DNA of 64,000 nucleotides, from positions 138,654 to 202,653 of the forward strand of contig JAAOMT010000534.1 of NCBI GenBank assembly GCA_016748015.1. The letters run 5' to 3'. The translations under genes and the position numbers were made by a program. The DNA comes from Geosiphon pyriformis uo1 (taxonomy: Eukaryota; Fungi; Glomeromycota). Every line of letters begins with the position of its first letter. Position 1 is the stretch's first letter. Below the pieces are notes generated by a model. It worked only from the letters and a program-made list of their open reading frames with translations. It had not been told where the DNA came from and ran no database searches. Below are positions 51,134-64,000 of the stretch, piece by piece.

Positions 51134-54100
51134 AAATTATTTTGGTTAATATATAAATTTATATATATAATTATTATTATTTATAAAATATATTGCAATA
51201 TTTTTTGTTTTTTAAATAATTATAATTTTAATAATATAGTATTTTATACTTAATATTTAATAGTTCTTAAATTATCAGAATTTTAATAATACAGTTTATT
51301 GTACTTAATATTAAATTATTAAAATTTCAATAATACAGGATTTTGTACCCAATATTTTGTATTTCTCAAATTATTAGAAATATTTTTTTACAAAAAACTT
51401 TGCAATAATAATTTTTTTATTTGGTTGAATCTGTAACAAAAAAACTTTGTTTTTAATATAGTTGACTGTTATTATAAAGTCAAATATTATTAGCTATTTT
51501 CTAAATGCACATCTTTTAAAATTTATACGAAAAATTTAGTTTCTAAAGTATTTATTTAGAAAAATTTTTATATTATATACTGTACATAAAGAATATTAAA
51601 ATCTGTTATTTATTTTTAATATATTGTTTTTTAGAGAAATTCAATTAAATTGTTATTTAAAACCAATAAAATTATTTGATTTAACAATATTTCAAAAATA
51701 TTTACCTATTAAGTGTCAAAAAAATTTATATTGTTTTACTCATATGAGATATATTGAATCAGTAAATACATAAATTTAATAGCAAAATATTTTTACAAAA
51801 ATGGTTGCAATATTTATTATTCATTTTTAAGTATATAATTTTTATAAAAATTTTTTTTGTAATATTTTGATTTTTGAAATAATATAGTTTCGCTTTAAAT
51901 TAAACAAAACATAAAATTTGAAAATAAAACATATTATTTAAAATTTTGAAACTCTTTTAAGTTATCTGAATTGATATTCTAAATTTTTTATTATAAAATT
52001 ATTTTATCCATAGTAATATTTTAATAACTGCTTTAATTTATTAGCTTAAAATATGATTAATTTTTGTTACTTAAAATTTTAAAAATTAAAAATGATTTAT
52101 TAATAAAGCATTCTAAAATTTTAAATATTTATAATTATGTTTTATTTATTATTTAAAACAGTCATATTTGGATTTATAAATTTTTAAAATAGAAAATTTA
52201 GCAATAATTGTTGATAAAAAATTAAATTTCGTTATTAAAAAACTTCAATATTTAAACAACAAATCTCATCACAAATAACATTACAGTAAATTGGCTACCA
52301 CTTTTAAATAAAATTATATGTATAAAATAACAATTGAAACTTTTAATTAACAAATTAAATGGTCAATAGTATATTAAATTGAGTAATAATTGTTAATTTG
52401 TGTTCATGTGATAATAAAAAAGGTATTACTTTTGTGGGGTTTTTAAAAGCTTAAAATTAATTAAAGCTTGATAAATTAATTAGACTTACTAAATAATAAA
52501 AAATGAATTAATTTGGTTAAAGACTAATGTAATAATTCATAAAACTACTAAAAACAATATATTTTGATTATGGCAATTCATTAAGTTACACAAATATGAT
52601 ATTCGAAAAGACCAAGATTAAAACTTCAAATTGAATATAAAATTTTCAATGATAACAAATTTATTTGACTTATAATAAAATTACAAAAAAGTACAGAATA
52701 AAAAAAGGGAAGAACTAAATATCAAAAAGCTGCTTTTTGGCAATCCCACTTTTCCAGATTACAAGTCAGTTTATATTTATATCTATTTTGTATGATAAAT
52801 TATTTACTATTTAATTGATTAATAATTCAAATAATAATTATTACTAACTATTAATCAAAATATTAATTGCAAATATTAGATACATCTTATTAAACTGTGG
52901 TTGGATTATTTTTAACTGCAGTCTTATATTAACATCCTTAAGCTATTTTTAATGTAATTGCCAATTATTTTGAAATTTTTCAAATTATTTTAATCCGTTG
53001 ATCATCACGGATCCCGATGATCTGTCGATTTTTTTTTTTATTTCTTTGGTTATTTAATGATCCAATAAGATGATAGTTTTTTACGGTTATTATCTATTTT
53101 TGGGTCATATCATTTTATCGTATAACAAAACCAGGAACATATTAGGATCTACAAGATCAACGAGATCTACATGGAGAATGTGAAAATTACACCCGAGTTA
53201 ATATTATTCTAATTGCAACAACGCACACAGGCACACAAAACCCAAAGAACAAATTACTCTGGTAATCAAACTTAATAAAATAGATTCTGTGTTATATTAG
53301 AAATAATTAAGTCTTTTTTAATCTTTCTAATATTTTTTTAATTTAAAATGATTTTGTAAGCAAAGTTATACTTGTCTTACTAAATAAACATTTAGACTTT
53401 TTTTGACTAAAAGATTGATTTTATGTTTCTTATCAAAATATTTTTCAACTTTGATATCACTCATTTTTTTTAATATTTTTTGTAAAATAAAAAATTCCAA
53501 ACCAATTTTGTAAGAGAAAAGCCAAATGTATAGGTATTTTGAGTTTTTTCTGTGTCGGTTTAAAATATATGGATTATCTTTTTTTATTATAATTATTGTT
53601 GAATGATATTGTTTTGGTTTAATCTTTCTAAAAATTATCATTATTATTGTTATGATTATTATCAATTCATTTTAAGTTCAATTAAACTTTTTAAATAGGA
53701 AAAGATATAAAAATTATTCAATGATTTCTATTGTAAACCTTTAGCTTTATAAAATTCGACATCGTGGCAGCCTATTAAAAATCTCACTGATTTTAATTAT
53801 TTGTATCACTTTTGAAATTTACAATGAATTTACTTTTTATTTTTACCAGTATAAATAAGAATGACATTATTTTTTTTAAAACTTAAAATTATTGTTCAAT
53901 CCAATCCATTATTTTGGGAAAGCCTTTTAATTTCAATCTTGAATCAAAAAAGTACAAAATAGCAGAGTTTTCTTTTTAAAAAACCATAAAGATAATTGCA
54001 ATTAATAATAAAATTTTTACAATAGATTTTATATTTTTAATATTAGAGAACTATTTTATTGATTGCATATTTTGGGAGAAATTTTCTGTCTAGTGTTTTT

Positions 54101-57100
54101 CAAAATGTCAAATAAAAAACCTACAATTGATTTTTCTAAAAAACAAATGGATATTTAATCTTAAAAAATTTGATTTGAATATATTGTATTTTTTTGATTT
54201 TATATTTATGATAAATTACATAAGTAAAAAGTTATTTATTTCAAATATCAAGCAATAATTTATTTATTTTACAACTTTTTATAAAAAACTATTAATAAAC
54301 TATATCTTTTACTTTTATAAAAGCAAAAAAATATAAAAGAATTTTTATTCATTAATTTTTATTAATAGTTTTTGTTATATAAAGGTTGGAGATGATAGAT
54401 TTCCTGAATTTAAAGTTACAGTTTATACGATACAATATTAAAATTAAAGCTAAAAAATTTCCAGATAATTAATATTTATAAATTATTTAAATGAAAGTTT
54501 AATTATTTAAGATGAAACTCGCAATTGAATCAGATTTATATGTAATAAACAATTCTAACTTTTGCAAAAGCAATAATTCTAATTAATATTATAAATTTTT
54601 GGTATAAAGGAAATAAAAAAAGTTTCTCAAAATTAATCATTAGAACTTAAAAAATTAGCATCTATACAACTTTTATTAAAAGATCAAAAGTTGTTTACCT
54701 AAACTATTATTAATTTTTCTTATAATATCATAAATTTTTTAATTTTTGCTGTTAAATTAAATACAAATAATGATTAAAACTGAAACTTCTACAATTTTGC
54801 TTAGTTACTTAAAAATGATTTGTTTTATTCATTTATGGATTGGTTTTAAACCTTTTCTTTAATTCTGGCTATGTCTGATTAATGGAAGTTTTTATTTATT
54901 TATTATAGTTAAATTGTTAACTGACATAAGAGTGGCAACTTTAATTAAAAATTAAAAAAATTAAATTGTTGTTTTTCATTTTTATTTATATTAAAATCTT
55001 GATATTAAATAGATTAAACTTTAATTAAAATATTATGTAAAAAGTTTATATTAGATTAATTAATTATGTTATATTAATGTGAATAATTTCTATTACTAAA
55101 AACTTTTTTTTGACTAAGTTGACTCAAATATCTCTAAATATCAAATATAAATTTAATTTTTAATTTTATATAAACAATATTTATCAGACAAAATAAAATA
55201 AATTGCATAAGAATATAGATCGAAAACCTTTTTTATGTTATTCAAAGATTCCTCAATCTCCAAAAAATAAATCTATGTTGTTATTAACTTGAAAATTTAC
55301 ATTCTTCTTATGGAACACTAAATATTATTTTTGGAAAAAATATATTAAATCGCTTCGAATTTTAAAAATAGAAACCTGAAATTTTCTAGATAATGATAAT
55401 AAATAAATAAATTGATCATATCAAAAAATTAATTTATTCAACAAAATTTATTTATTAGAAAAAGAGTTTAAATTTTATTCAAGACATTGAATTCAAGTAC
55501 CCTTGTTATAATAAATACTTTTGAGTTTAACTATATGAATTAAATGCTTAGTTATTTTACAATTATAAATAACATAAATTAATTACAATATAACATGTTG
55601 TAACGTTACTTTGACTTGCGTTTAGATAAATTAACGTTCAATAATATAAGTTTTTGTTTTAGTTCTTTCAAAGTTTAGATTAGATTGTGACCATTTTGTA
55701 ATTGGCTTAAATTTAAAATTATTATTAATAAATGTGTGCATGAATTGTATATTAACAAAAATGTGTTTTGAAATTATATTTAATATTTTGAATATATGTA
55801 TTGTTTCACTATATCCATCCATTTATTTATTTATTGCATTGTTTGTTTGTTTATTTGTTTGTTTATTTGTTTGTTTTTGCCAGTAATTTATCTATTTCTT
55901 CTGTTGTAAGCTATCTATGATTTATAATTAATACAATTGCTTATTAAGTATTACACAAATTTTGAGGGGAGAATCTTTACTGCCCTCAATGTCTAGCGTA
56001 AAAGGTAAATACTAAGCCCAATAAAAAAATAGTGACCAATCCTAACACAATTAAATAGGCACACGATTCGGCTGCATTGCCTCAAATCGACCGAACACTA
56101 ATCCAATGAACGAAGGGTGGTCATTCACAGCAACAACCAGTTTTTTTTTTCTAAACTCTTTGAACCCAAAAAATATCACAGAATATTCTTGAGACGGGAA
56201 AAAAAAGAAGTTTTCTAAAAGAAATTTCAAAACTTTATTCATATTTTAGGTTTGATCAACATGCCAAGAATATCAAAAGCTCATTACCAAATAATTGAAA
56301 CAGATGGTTCTGTGTACTTCACATAAATATATTGAAAAGGGCTTGACCAAAAAAACACTTTTAAAGGATCTTTTGTGTAATTTTTAAATAAATTAAAAAA
56401 CTTTTTTAACCATAATTAAGCTTGGCTGATGGGAAATAGTAAAAAATTCGACAGGAAAAATTGTTAACCTTAAAACCAAAATATAAAGCAAAAACCCTCA
56501 ATTATAAATAATAATTAATGAAAAAATAAATAAATAAATAAAAATAAAATAATAATTTGCTTTTCCTCTCGAGAAATATGAAAAATTAATAAATCAAGTT
56601 CTTCTATGTAAAATTCCCTATCTAGAAATAAAACTTTCAAACTGGTTTTTCTTCATGTATTCAATAATTAATAGGTACATTGAAGCTTGGTAAGATGAAG
56701 ATTTTCAGATCCTAACGATTGATTACTCCAGACATTTTCGTTTTATATTTTTTAGCTATTCCTTGTGTTAATGCATCTTTCAATACATTTTCTGAAAAAA
56801 AAGTCGTGAACAACAAATATTCTTTAATAAATCTTCCAAAGGAAGGTATAAGTAAAATAAAAATTCACCAAGTCGATGACACGCAAGGAAGTTAATCCCT
56901 TATACTTCTATCTAGCTATATATAGGAAAACTCTAACCATTTCCAGGCTCTGCATAAATCTTTTTTTAAATTAACTGAAAAACTCCCATAATCCCGATTG
57001 AGTCTTATGGTGTGTTCAAAGTAGATATTTTTACAAAAGAAGGTTTAAGAATTTTGATTAAAATGTTCATATGTTAAATTTATAATAAATTTTATAACTT

Positions 57101-58019
57101 GAAAATTCAATGTTCAATTCCAGAATTATTTCTTCACCCTATCTTTTTCAGCTTATATTTAATTTAAGATTTTTCTCAAAGCCAAGAGGCAATTTCTTGG
57201 ATATGACAATTTGCTAACTTGTGAGCCCAATTCCATATAACTTTGTACATGATGAATTCCCAATGTGATTACCAAGTTTTGATAGCCTTATAAAATATAT
57301 ATTTTGTCTGAAAATAAAACACCAAAGTTTGAGGAGATTTCCGTTCCATTTTATTTGTGTTCAGTCTAAATAATGCCTAATTGATTGAGAAGCAGGATAA
57401 TTTTTATAAAATATAAAGGATAATATTAATTGTAGTTAAGTAAGCAAAGAAAATTTAGGCAAGATTTGCGATATAATTCGGACAAAAAGTTAAGCTTTTA
57501 AAAAACTATTTTGTCCGAGAAATCTCACATTTATGCCCAAATTCGGGAATTCATTTGTAAAGCATAAAGATTTTCCGTAAATTTTGGCTACCGGATTAGG
57601 ATTCCATTGTCAAAACGAACGAATGAGATTTTCTACAATGATTCCGAGCGGCTTAAAAAGTTGTGAGACTAAAATCAGTAGCACAGATCAGTTATTCGTT
57701 CTATCTGAAGGCTTATCAATTTCCATAAGCACCAATAAAAATTCGTTCAATTGACGAGTTATTCCCATAGATTTTTTTTTTTTGGAGAGGTAAATACAAT
57801 TTCTTATTTCCTATTTTATATTCGAAGTTTTTAAAGGTAACGCTTAAATGTAAAAATAGAGAAATATTGTGTCGCTGGATCAAAACCTTAGAATTACAAA
57901 TCGGCTCAAATATGTCAAAATGAAAGCTTGGGGGATGCATAATAAAGTGTATTAAATTGAGAAATCAAATAAAGTTTTGTCATAATAAATGAGTTTCGTG
58001 TTAAGATTCAAATGCCATT

Positions 58020-58749
58020 CTAAATTGCATTCATTTGGTTAACACTGAAAGGAATTTGAAAAAATGATTGAATGCCTGGAGGATGGTTGTTGTGCTTCAC
58101 AAAAACGTTTTGCTCTAACGTATTCTCAGGCATGGGAGTTGGATCGAAAATCTCTTGTTGATATATTGGACAACGAGTTTGTCCCAAATTGTTGAGCATG
58201 AAGTTTGGGTTCATATTCTCTTGAAATTTGGCTGGTATGAACTCTTTTGAATTGGAGTTATCAATGCCAGTGGCAATCTCAACAAGAGCCTTCAAATCCT
58301 CCAAGGAAGTGTCAGATAAAGCACTAGCAGACAACCATTTATTTTGCTTTTCTTCAGTTGGATTTTTTTCGTTTATGTGAAATTGAGTGGTCAAAAAATT
58401 CTTCTTGAAAATTTATTTTCAACAAATTGTGAGAAAAAATTTGTTTTTTTTACAATTATTTTACAAATTTATCACTTACACATTTTGCAATGGGGTTATA
58501 CTGTTCGGTGGATTTTCCAATGGAATTCACCAAATGTTCGATTCCTTTAAAACTGCCCGACATTATTTTTATGGATTTTATACTTTCTTTGCATGTAGGG
58601 CATTTTCGATCATCCATAGAAATGTCAACACAGGTTTTTGGATCCTCTCCTGATGTACAATTTTCTTGTAAAAGCTTAACGCCTTGCATTCTAGGGTTTA
58701 AAGCGCGAGTTTTTGGTGAATAGGGATTTCGTAATGTGTTGTCCAACAT
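58020..58749 (-). CDS. Hypothetical protein, two exons (58749-58480, 58403-58020); 5' end uncertain
   Basis: GTAAGT donor at 58479, CTCAC branch-like site and TTTTCAAG acceptor ending 58404. The 76-nt phase-0 intron joins two ORFs in frame. CpG is retained; contains a CPTC motif. Confidence 0.65.
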
Positions 58750-59045
58750 AATTACCCATAAAAAGTGAAAGGCTTTATGTTTTTCGGTTATGTTTTATGA
58801 TATAAATTTAAATCGATATTTTTAAAGAAGTCTTGCATAACGAAAACCTAGAATGCAAGGAGGGTCTGATCAAGCAAGTAATGATGAGCCTTTTCAATAT
58901 TGCTCTATTTATTAATTTCGTAAAATCACCAAATCTCAATAAATGTAACAATCTAATCATAAAAATAGAAAATCTTTTTATTTAAGTCCTATAAAAAGAT
59001 AGCTTTATAAGTTTTAATCTTCCATCAGCAATCAGCAATCGGCAG

Positions 59046-59069
59046 TATATATATATATATATATATATA
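59046..59069. repeat. (TA)n microsatellite
   Basis: Seen directly. Confidence 0.9.
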
Positions 59070-62000
59070 CTATCTTTAGGCTTAAAACCTTAAGAAAAAT
59101 CAAAAGATTCGATGGGAATTTCAAAGTCCACAAAAATTGAAAATTCCTAATTTTTTTTCCAATTTTGTCTTACCTTTGTTTCTGTTATAACTGGTGAAAC
59201 AAATCTTTTTTGACCAAGAAAAATTACGAAACAGGATAAAATGTACAAAAGTTTCCCGAATCCAAAGTCACTTGCTAATACTGATTAATCTAATATATTA
59301 ATTCCTCAAGTGATTTTTAATGTATGACTAAAACTTAAAAATTTTCTGTAGAAAAATAATGGGGCTTTTTTGACTAGCGATTGAGTTTTCTTGATAAAAA
59401 TATCACCATTATGCTTATCGACAATTGGACCCGTTCCAGGAGCACTATGTTTTCTTTATATGATTACTTAATTTATTGAAAGAATAAATGGATTTAGAAA
59501 AAAATGCTGATGTGATCTTTTGTGAAGATCTCAGTGTAGATTTGAATTACAGCGCGTACGAGTTGAAAAACCTCTCAATAAATAAAACAAAAAAAAAGAT
59601 GGGATGACCAGCAAACTGCATCATTGCCAACCTAAGTTCCATTAATAGAAGATAGGTAATGACTTCTATTCAATTTTGCAAACATAGTACTGATATACAA
59701 TGTTTAATTTTTAGTAACTTTTTGTGTAAATCTCAACAGCATGAATGCTTTGTCAAGAGGCAAAAATCTCATCTCTTAAGAAACAGTATTGTAAACTGAA
59801 AAATAAACACTCTAATTATTTTAAAAAAAGTTTCTTGAATTAATAATTTATTGGAGGATTAATTTATTAAATGAATAAAAATTATTCTGACTTTTACATT
59901 AAATTTTATTCTATCAATTTCTTTTCAAACAAAAAAACGATTGGTATAAAAATTTTTTGGATTATCGAAGGACTTTTAATGATTCTATTTTTGTCAAATG
60001 ATATAGTAGAATTTCTTTGATAACTATTGGTTTCTACCTCTTAATTCAAGAATTGTTCCCCCTTTAATACTCTTACTGTAGAAAAAATAATATAAAAACA
60101 TTCAGAGCTATATTTGTAAAATTAGGAACACATTTCTGCTATATAAAAATTTTATTTCTTCTTGTCTTCGGGTGTTTGGATGATAAAAAAAATCATTTAA
60201 TAGTCATTTGCTTGGAAAATATTTAGTCTGCTGCCATGTGAACATAAAATATCAGATTTTTGGTAAAAAATTTGCTGACTTACACGAATGAAAAAAATTT
60301 AGGTTTGAAAAAAAGACTCGAGCCATTAGTTGATCATTACCCAGGTTTGTTGTAACCGTCAAGGTTTTTTTCTACCCGGTTCTAACCAAAAGGAGTAACC
60401 AATTGTTGACATCCGTACAGAAATTAAATTACACAAATATTTGTCGGATAAAAGATTTATAATCAGATTAACATAAATAATGTCACGTTGTCATAACTGA
60501 TAAAACAATGATTATTGATGTCGGAGAAGATCAGCAGCTTTGTTCAATCAAATCGATCAGATTTTCACCCACAAGTGCTTTGCGTTATTTAACATGAGAA
60601 AGCTTCACGCTTCCGCAATTAATAAATCAGTGGGCCCTCAGATTAACGCTAATTATTGAATAATAATAATAATAATAACTCTATAATTCAACAAATTGAG
60701 AATCAATTTTGTAAAATATATTTTTAGAAAATTTTAGATAAAATCCAAAAAGAATTTGTTTTTTATGCTTAATAAAAAATAATAATAATTCTATAATATA
60801 ATTGATAATTTCAATACAAAAATATCAAAACAAAATTTACTATTTTATGTTAATAGCAAGCTGAATTGCATTTTGTTTTTCATGTAATTAATATTTCAGA
60901 CTTATTAGTCTTTTATTTTTTATTTTTAATCTGATTGTTAAATTTTTTAAAAGATTAATATAAAACTTTTTTTAAGCTACAAAAAAAGTATAAAACATTG
61001 AATATATTTTTTATATTTTTTATAATTATTTTTCTTAATAACTAATTTATTAGCTGAAACATAAAACATTTAAGTTGATTAGCTTTTTTAACATTGAATA
61101 AATTATTATCTAAACTTTAAATTATTAAAAATTATTTTTAAAATTTACAAATTACAAATTCATATTATTTGATGTAAATTATATTTACTTGTAATATTAA
61201 ATTTTATGTTTGCAACATAAAAAATTAATTAATTTTTTTTTCAAAATAGATTAAAAATCTTTAAAATTTTACATAAATTATTCACAACTTTTAAAATTAT
61301 TCATTTATTTTATTGTTAAAAAACTGAATTTTAAATTAGAATACAAACCAATATTTAAAAAACATAAATTCAATTTGCTTAAATTATTTTTAGTCAATGT
61401 TTTATTAATTTAGATATTCTAAAATAAAGTTTTAATACAAATTATTGCGAAAATTATTATCTTTAATACATCTTAATATTATTTTTATAATATATATAAA
61501 AATTAAAAAATATGCCGTTTTTATTTATTTATCAAATCTTTAACACAAATAAACATGCTACACATATTAATATAATATTTTTTTTAAAAGAATGCTTAAT
61601 CATTGGTGTCATAGATTATCTATTATATAATCATATCAAACAGGCGGGTGGTTAAAACAATAACTATCCGAAATCTGGCAATTTTAGTATGAGAAAGCAA
61701 TGTAACATTAACAAAAGCAATAATTTTAGTTGTATTGCTGTGACTGTGGCACTAAAAGTGCTTAATAATTTCATGTTTCGATATTATTGATTAGGTAAAT
61801 GGGCGGAAAGACAAAATATATGACGGTGGAATGTTATGTAACATAAAAGTAAATAAATAATATTTACATATTGCCAGAATATTATCAAATTATTAGATAA
61901 AATAGAAAATAAGAAATTTATAATTTATAATTTTTTTCCTTTATTTTTTCATGGCTAAATGATTAGTAAAAGAATAATATAGTTAATTATCAATTTATAA

Positions 62001-62999
62001 AAAACACCCTTATCATTTCAAGATAAATTCAAAAAGTTTTAAATAATCTCTTATTTATAAATGCATCTTTGTAGTTTTAATGTTTTATTAACAATTATAG
62101 CATTTAATAAAAAATGCTTAAATATTAAAATATGTGAATAATAATAAAAGTTTTTTCTTTAATCTAAAAATTATCATCTCATAATTTTGAAATGAAATAA
62201 TTTTTTTTAAATACGCTGTTACTGGAAAAATTAGCATTATAGTTTAGGTAATTTTATGCGTTAGGATGGTTATTTTGTTATTGGTTTTTGGCCGTATGTC
62301 TGCTAATAGTTTTCTGTTTGTACGCTAATATAATTTTTGCTTAGGTTATAATGTATTCTGCTTCTTATGTAATTAAATCTTTTTGATTTCAATTGGTTTT
62401 TTTAAATACTTTTTCTTTTTAATTTAAAAGTAGTAACAAATTTATTATAAACTCTTTGTTAAATGTCTAAAAATTTGTTGTTCAAATACTGCCGCATTTT
62501 TTATTTTAAAAATTTTTATATTTATAACTATTTCTTTAAATTTTTTAAATTAAGACTGTTTCTAAGACTATATTAAACTATTTCTCAGGTCAATTTTTCT
62601 AATGCAATTGCATAAAAAAATAAAAATTTTGTATTCAAAGTATTTTTAATTTTCATAATTTATATTAGTGTCTCAAATTGTATATTTTTAATTATTAAAT
62701 TTCAGTTTAAATTTCGGTTTATTTTGTTTTTTATTAAACAAATGAATAATTAATGCATTTTTTTGAAAAAATAATCGCTTCTTATACAAAATTTAAGAAA
62801 ATCTATTTAATCTTTAGCAATTTTATTTTAAATCTTAAAATTCTGGGTATTACATGCTGTATTTAATTATTTTTTGTTGATTAATGTTAAGAAAAATCAA
62901 TTAATAGTATTTGCTAATTAAAACTAAATGATTAATGTTGAATAATACAATTGAATTGGGTCTGGTCTTTAACTAAGCATTAGAAAAACAGATAATTAG

Positions 63000-63175
63000 A
63001 TAAACTTGTTTAATGTTAAAGTTGTTTCGATATTCACAAATAAATCTGTAAAAAATATGAATTCTAAAACAGTTTCTGGTAGTACAATAGTGAACTTTGC
63101 CAATATAAACAAAGAAATTGGTATTGGTATAAAAAAAGCAATATTGTTAATGTTAACAGAATTGACAGCTGACTT
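63000..63175 (+). mobile_element. Decayed LINE RNase H fragment
   Basis: VSIFTNKSVK...IGIGIK...MLTEL aligns with IEVYTNGSLR...IGVKVS...TLTEL of LINE copy 2. Confidence 0.65.
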
Positions 63176-64000
63176 TAAAATGTGTACCTAAAAGCAAATA
63201 TATATTATATTTATAAATAGTAGTATTATTACTAATATTTATAAATCTGAGATTGTAAATTCTAAATCCAATTATAAAAACAAATACTAAATAAAAAATA
63301 CAAGATTATGAACTTAATATTAAATAAAAACTTTTAGCATATTAGAATAAAATTAAAATAAATAAAATAAAATAAGTTAACAAATTATTTAATAATTAAT
63401 ACTATAATATTAAAATTTAAGCTGTTATATAAAATTATAAATAAACATTTAAAAAACAAAAAATTTTAACTTTTTTGGTAATTTTTAATATTTAGGTTTA
63501 TACAACTAATTATACCAAATGGAAATTAAAATATGCTTAAAAATTTCTAAATATAAACTTAAATATATTATTAAAATATTTTATAAAAGGTTTTTTATAA
63601 TAATACAAAAAATGTGTATAATATAAGTTTTAAAATATAGTTTATTTAAAATGTAAAAAAGCTAAAATATTTAACTATATATTTAACATTAAAATTAGAA
63701 TAAACATAATTATTAAGCATAAATTAATTTAATTTAAAGTCTTAAAATTAAATCAGATATTTTAAGCGTTTAATTAACTTGTTTATATTTAAAAATATAT
63801 ATAAATTAATATAAAAACTTTGCTTTACATAATTTTAATTAAAAGTTTTGTGTTAAATAACTAATATTAAGAAGCTTATAAGATTTATAAATATAGAAAA
63901 TAATAACAATAAATATTATAAAGTTTATTAGATTACTTTTTTTTAAATACTAAATAAATAAATATATTTTAATAAATAAATAAAAATAAAAATAATCTAA

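Noticed and set aside
56630-57320. Possible minus-strand exons or pseudogene
   Set aside because: Splice-like sites exist, but all frames have stops and no recognisable domain.
61664-61774. 36-aa hydrophobic minus-strand ORF (MKLLSTFS...)
   Set aside because: Too short, with no splice donor or homology evidence.

Overview
AT-rich eukaryotic (spliceosomal-intron) DNA. It is probably from an early-diverging fungus such as Glomeromycotina; this is an inference from TE style and composition and was not verified. The core (6.6-39.9 kb) is a retrotransposon stack that can be resolved to the base. A full-length RNase-H-bearing LINE (minus) is split by Ty3/gypsy element A (842-bp LTRs, dUTPase between PR and RT). 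The pol of A is split by a ~970-bp solo LTR (C), which is in turn split by a complete gypsy element B. Each insertion has a 4-bp TSD, and removing A or C restores the host reading frame. A second full-length LINE of the same family lies head-to-head with the first. A and B share an unusual layout: the integrase follows an RNase H stop and has its own ATG, and a ~220-codon non-env third ORF, apparently homologous between the two divergent elements, precedes the 3' LTR. All repeats are eroded almost only by C>T/G>A transitions. This ends in a near-pure-AT TE graveyard (about 40-52 kb) where a gypsy pol, a TIR element and a B-family solo LTR (again with an ATAC TSD) remain recognisable. Two host genes are supportable: a two-exon secreted beta/gamma-crystallin-domain protein (5051-5480) and a two-exon unknown gene (58020-58749). 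No rRNA, tRNA or CRISPR was found.
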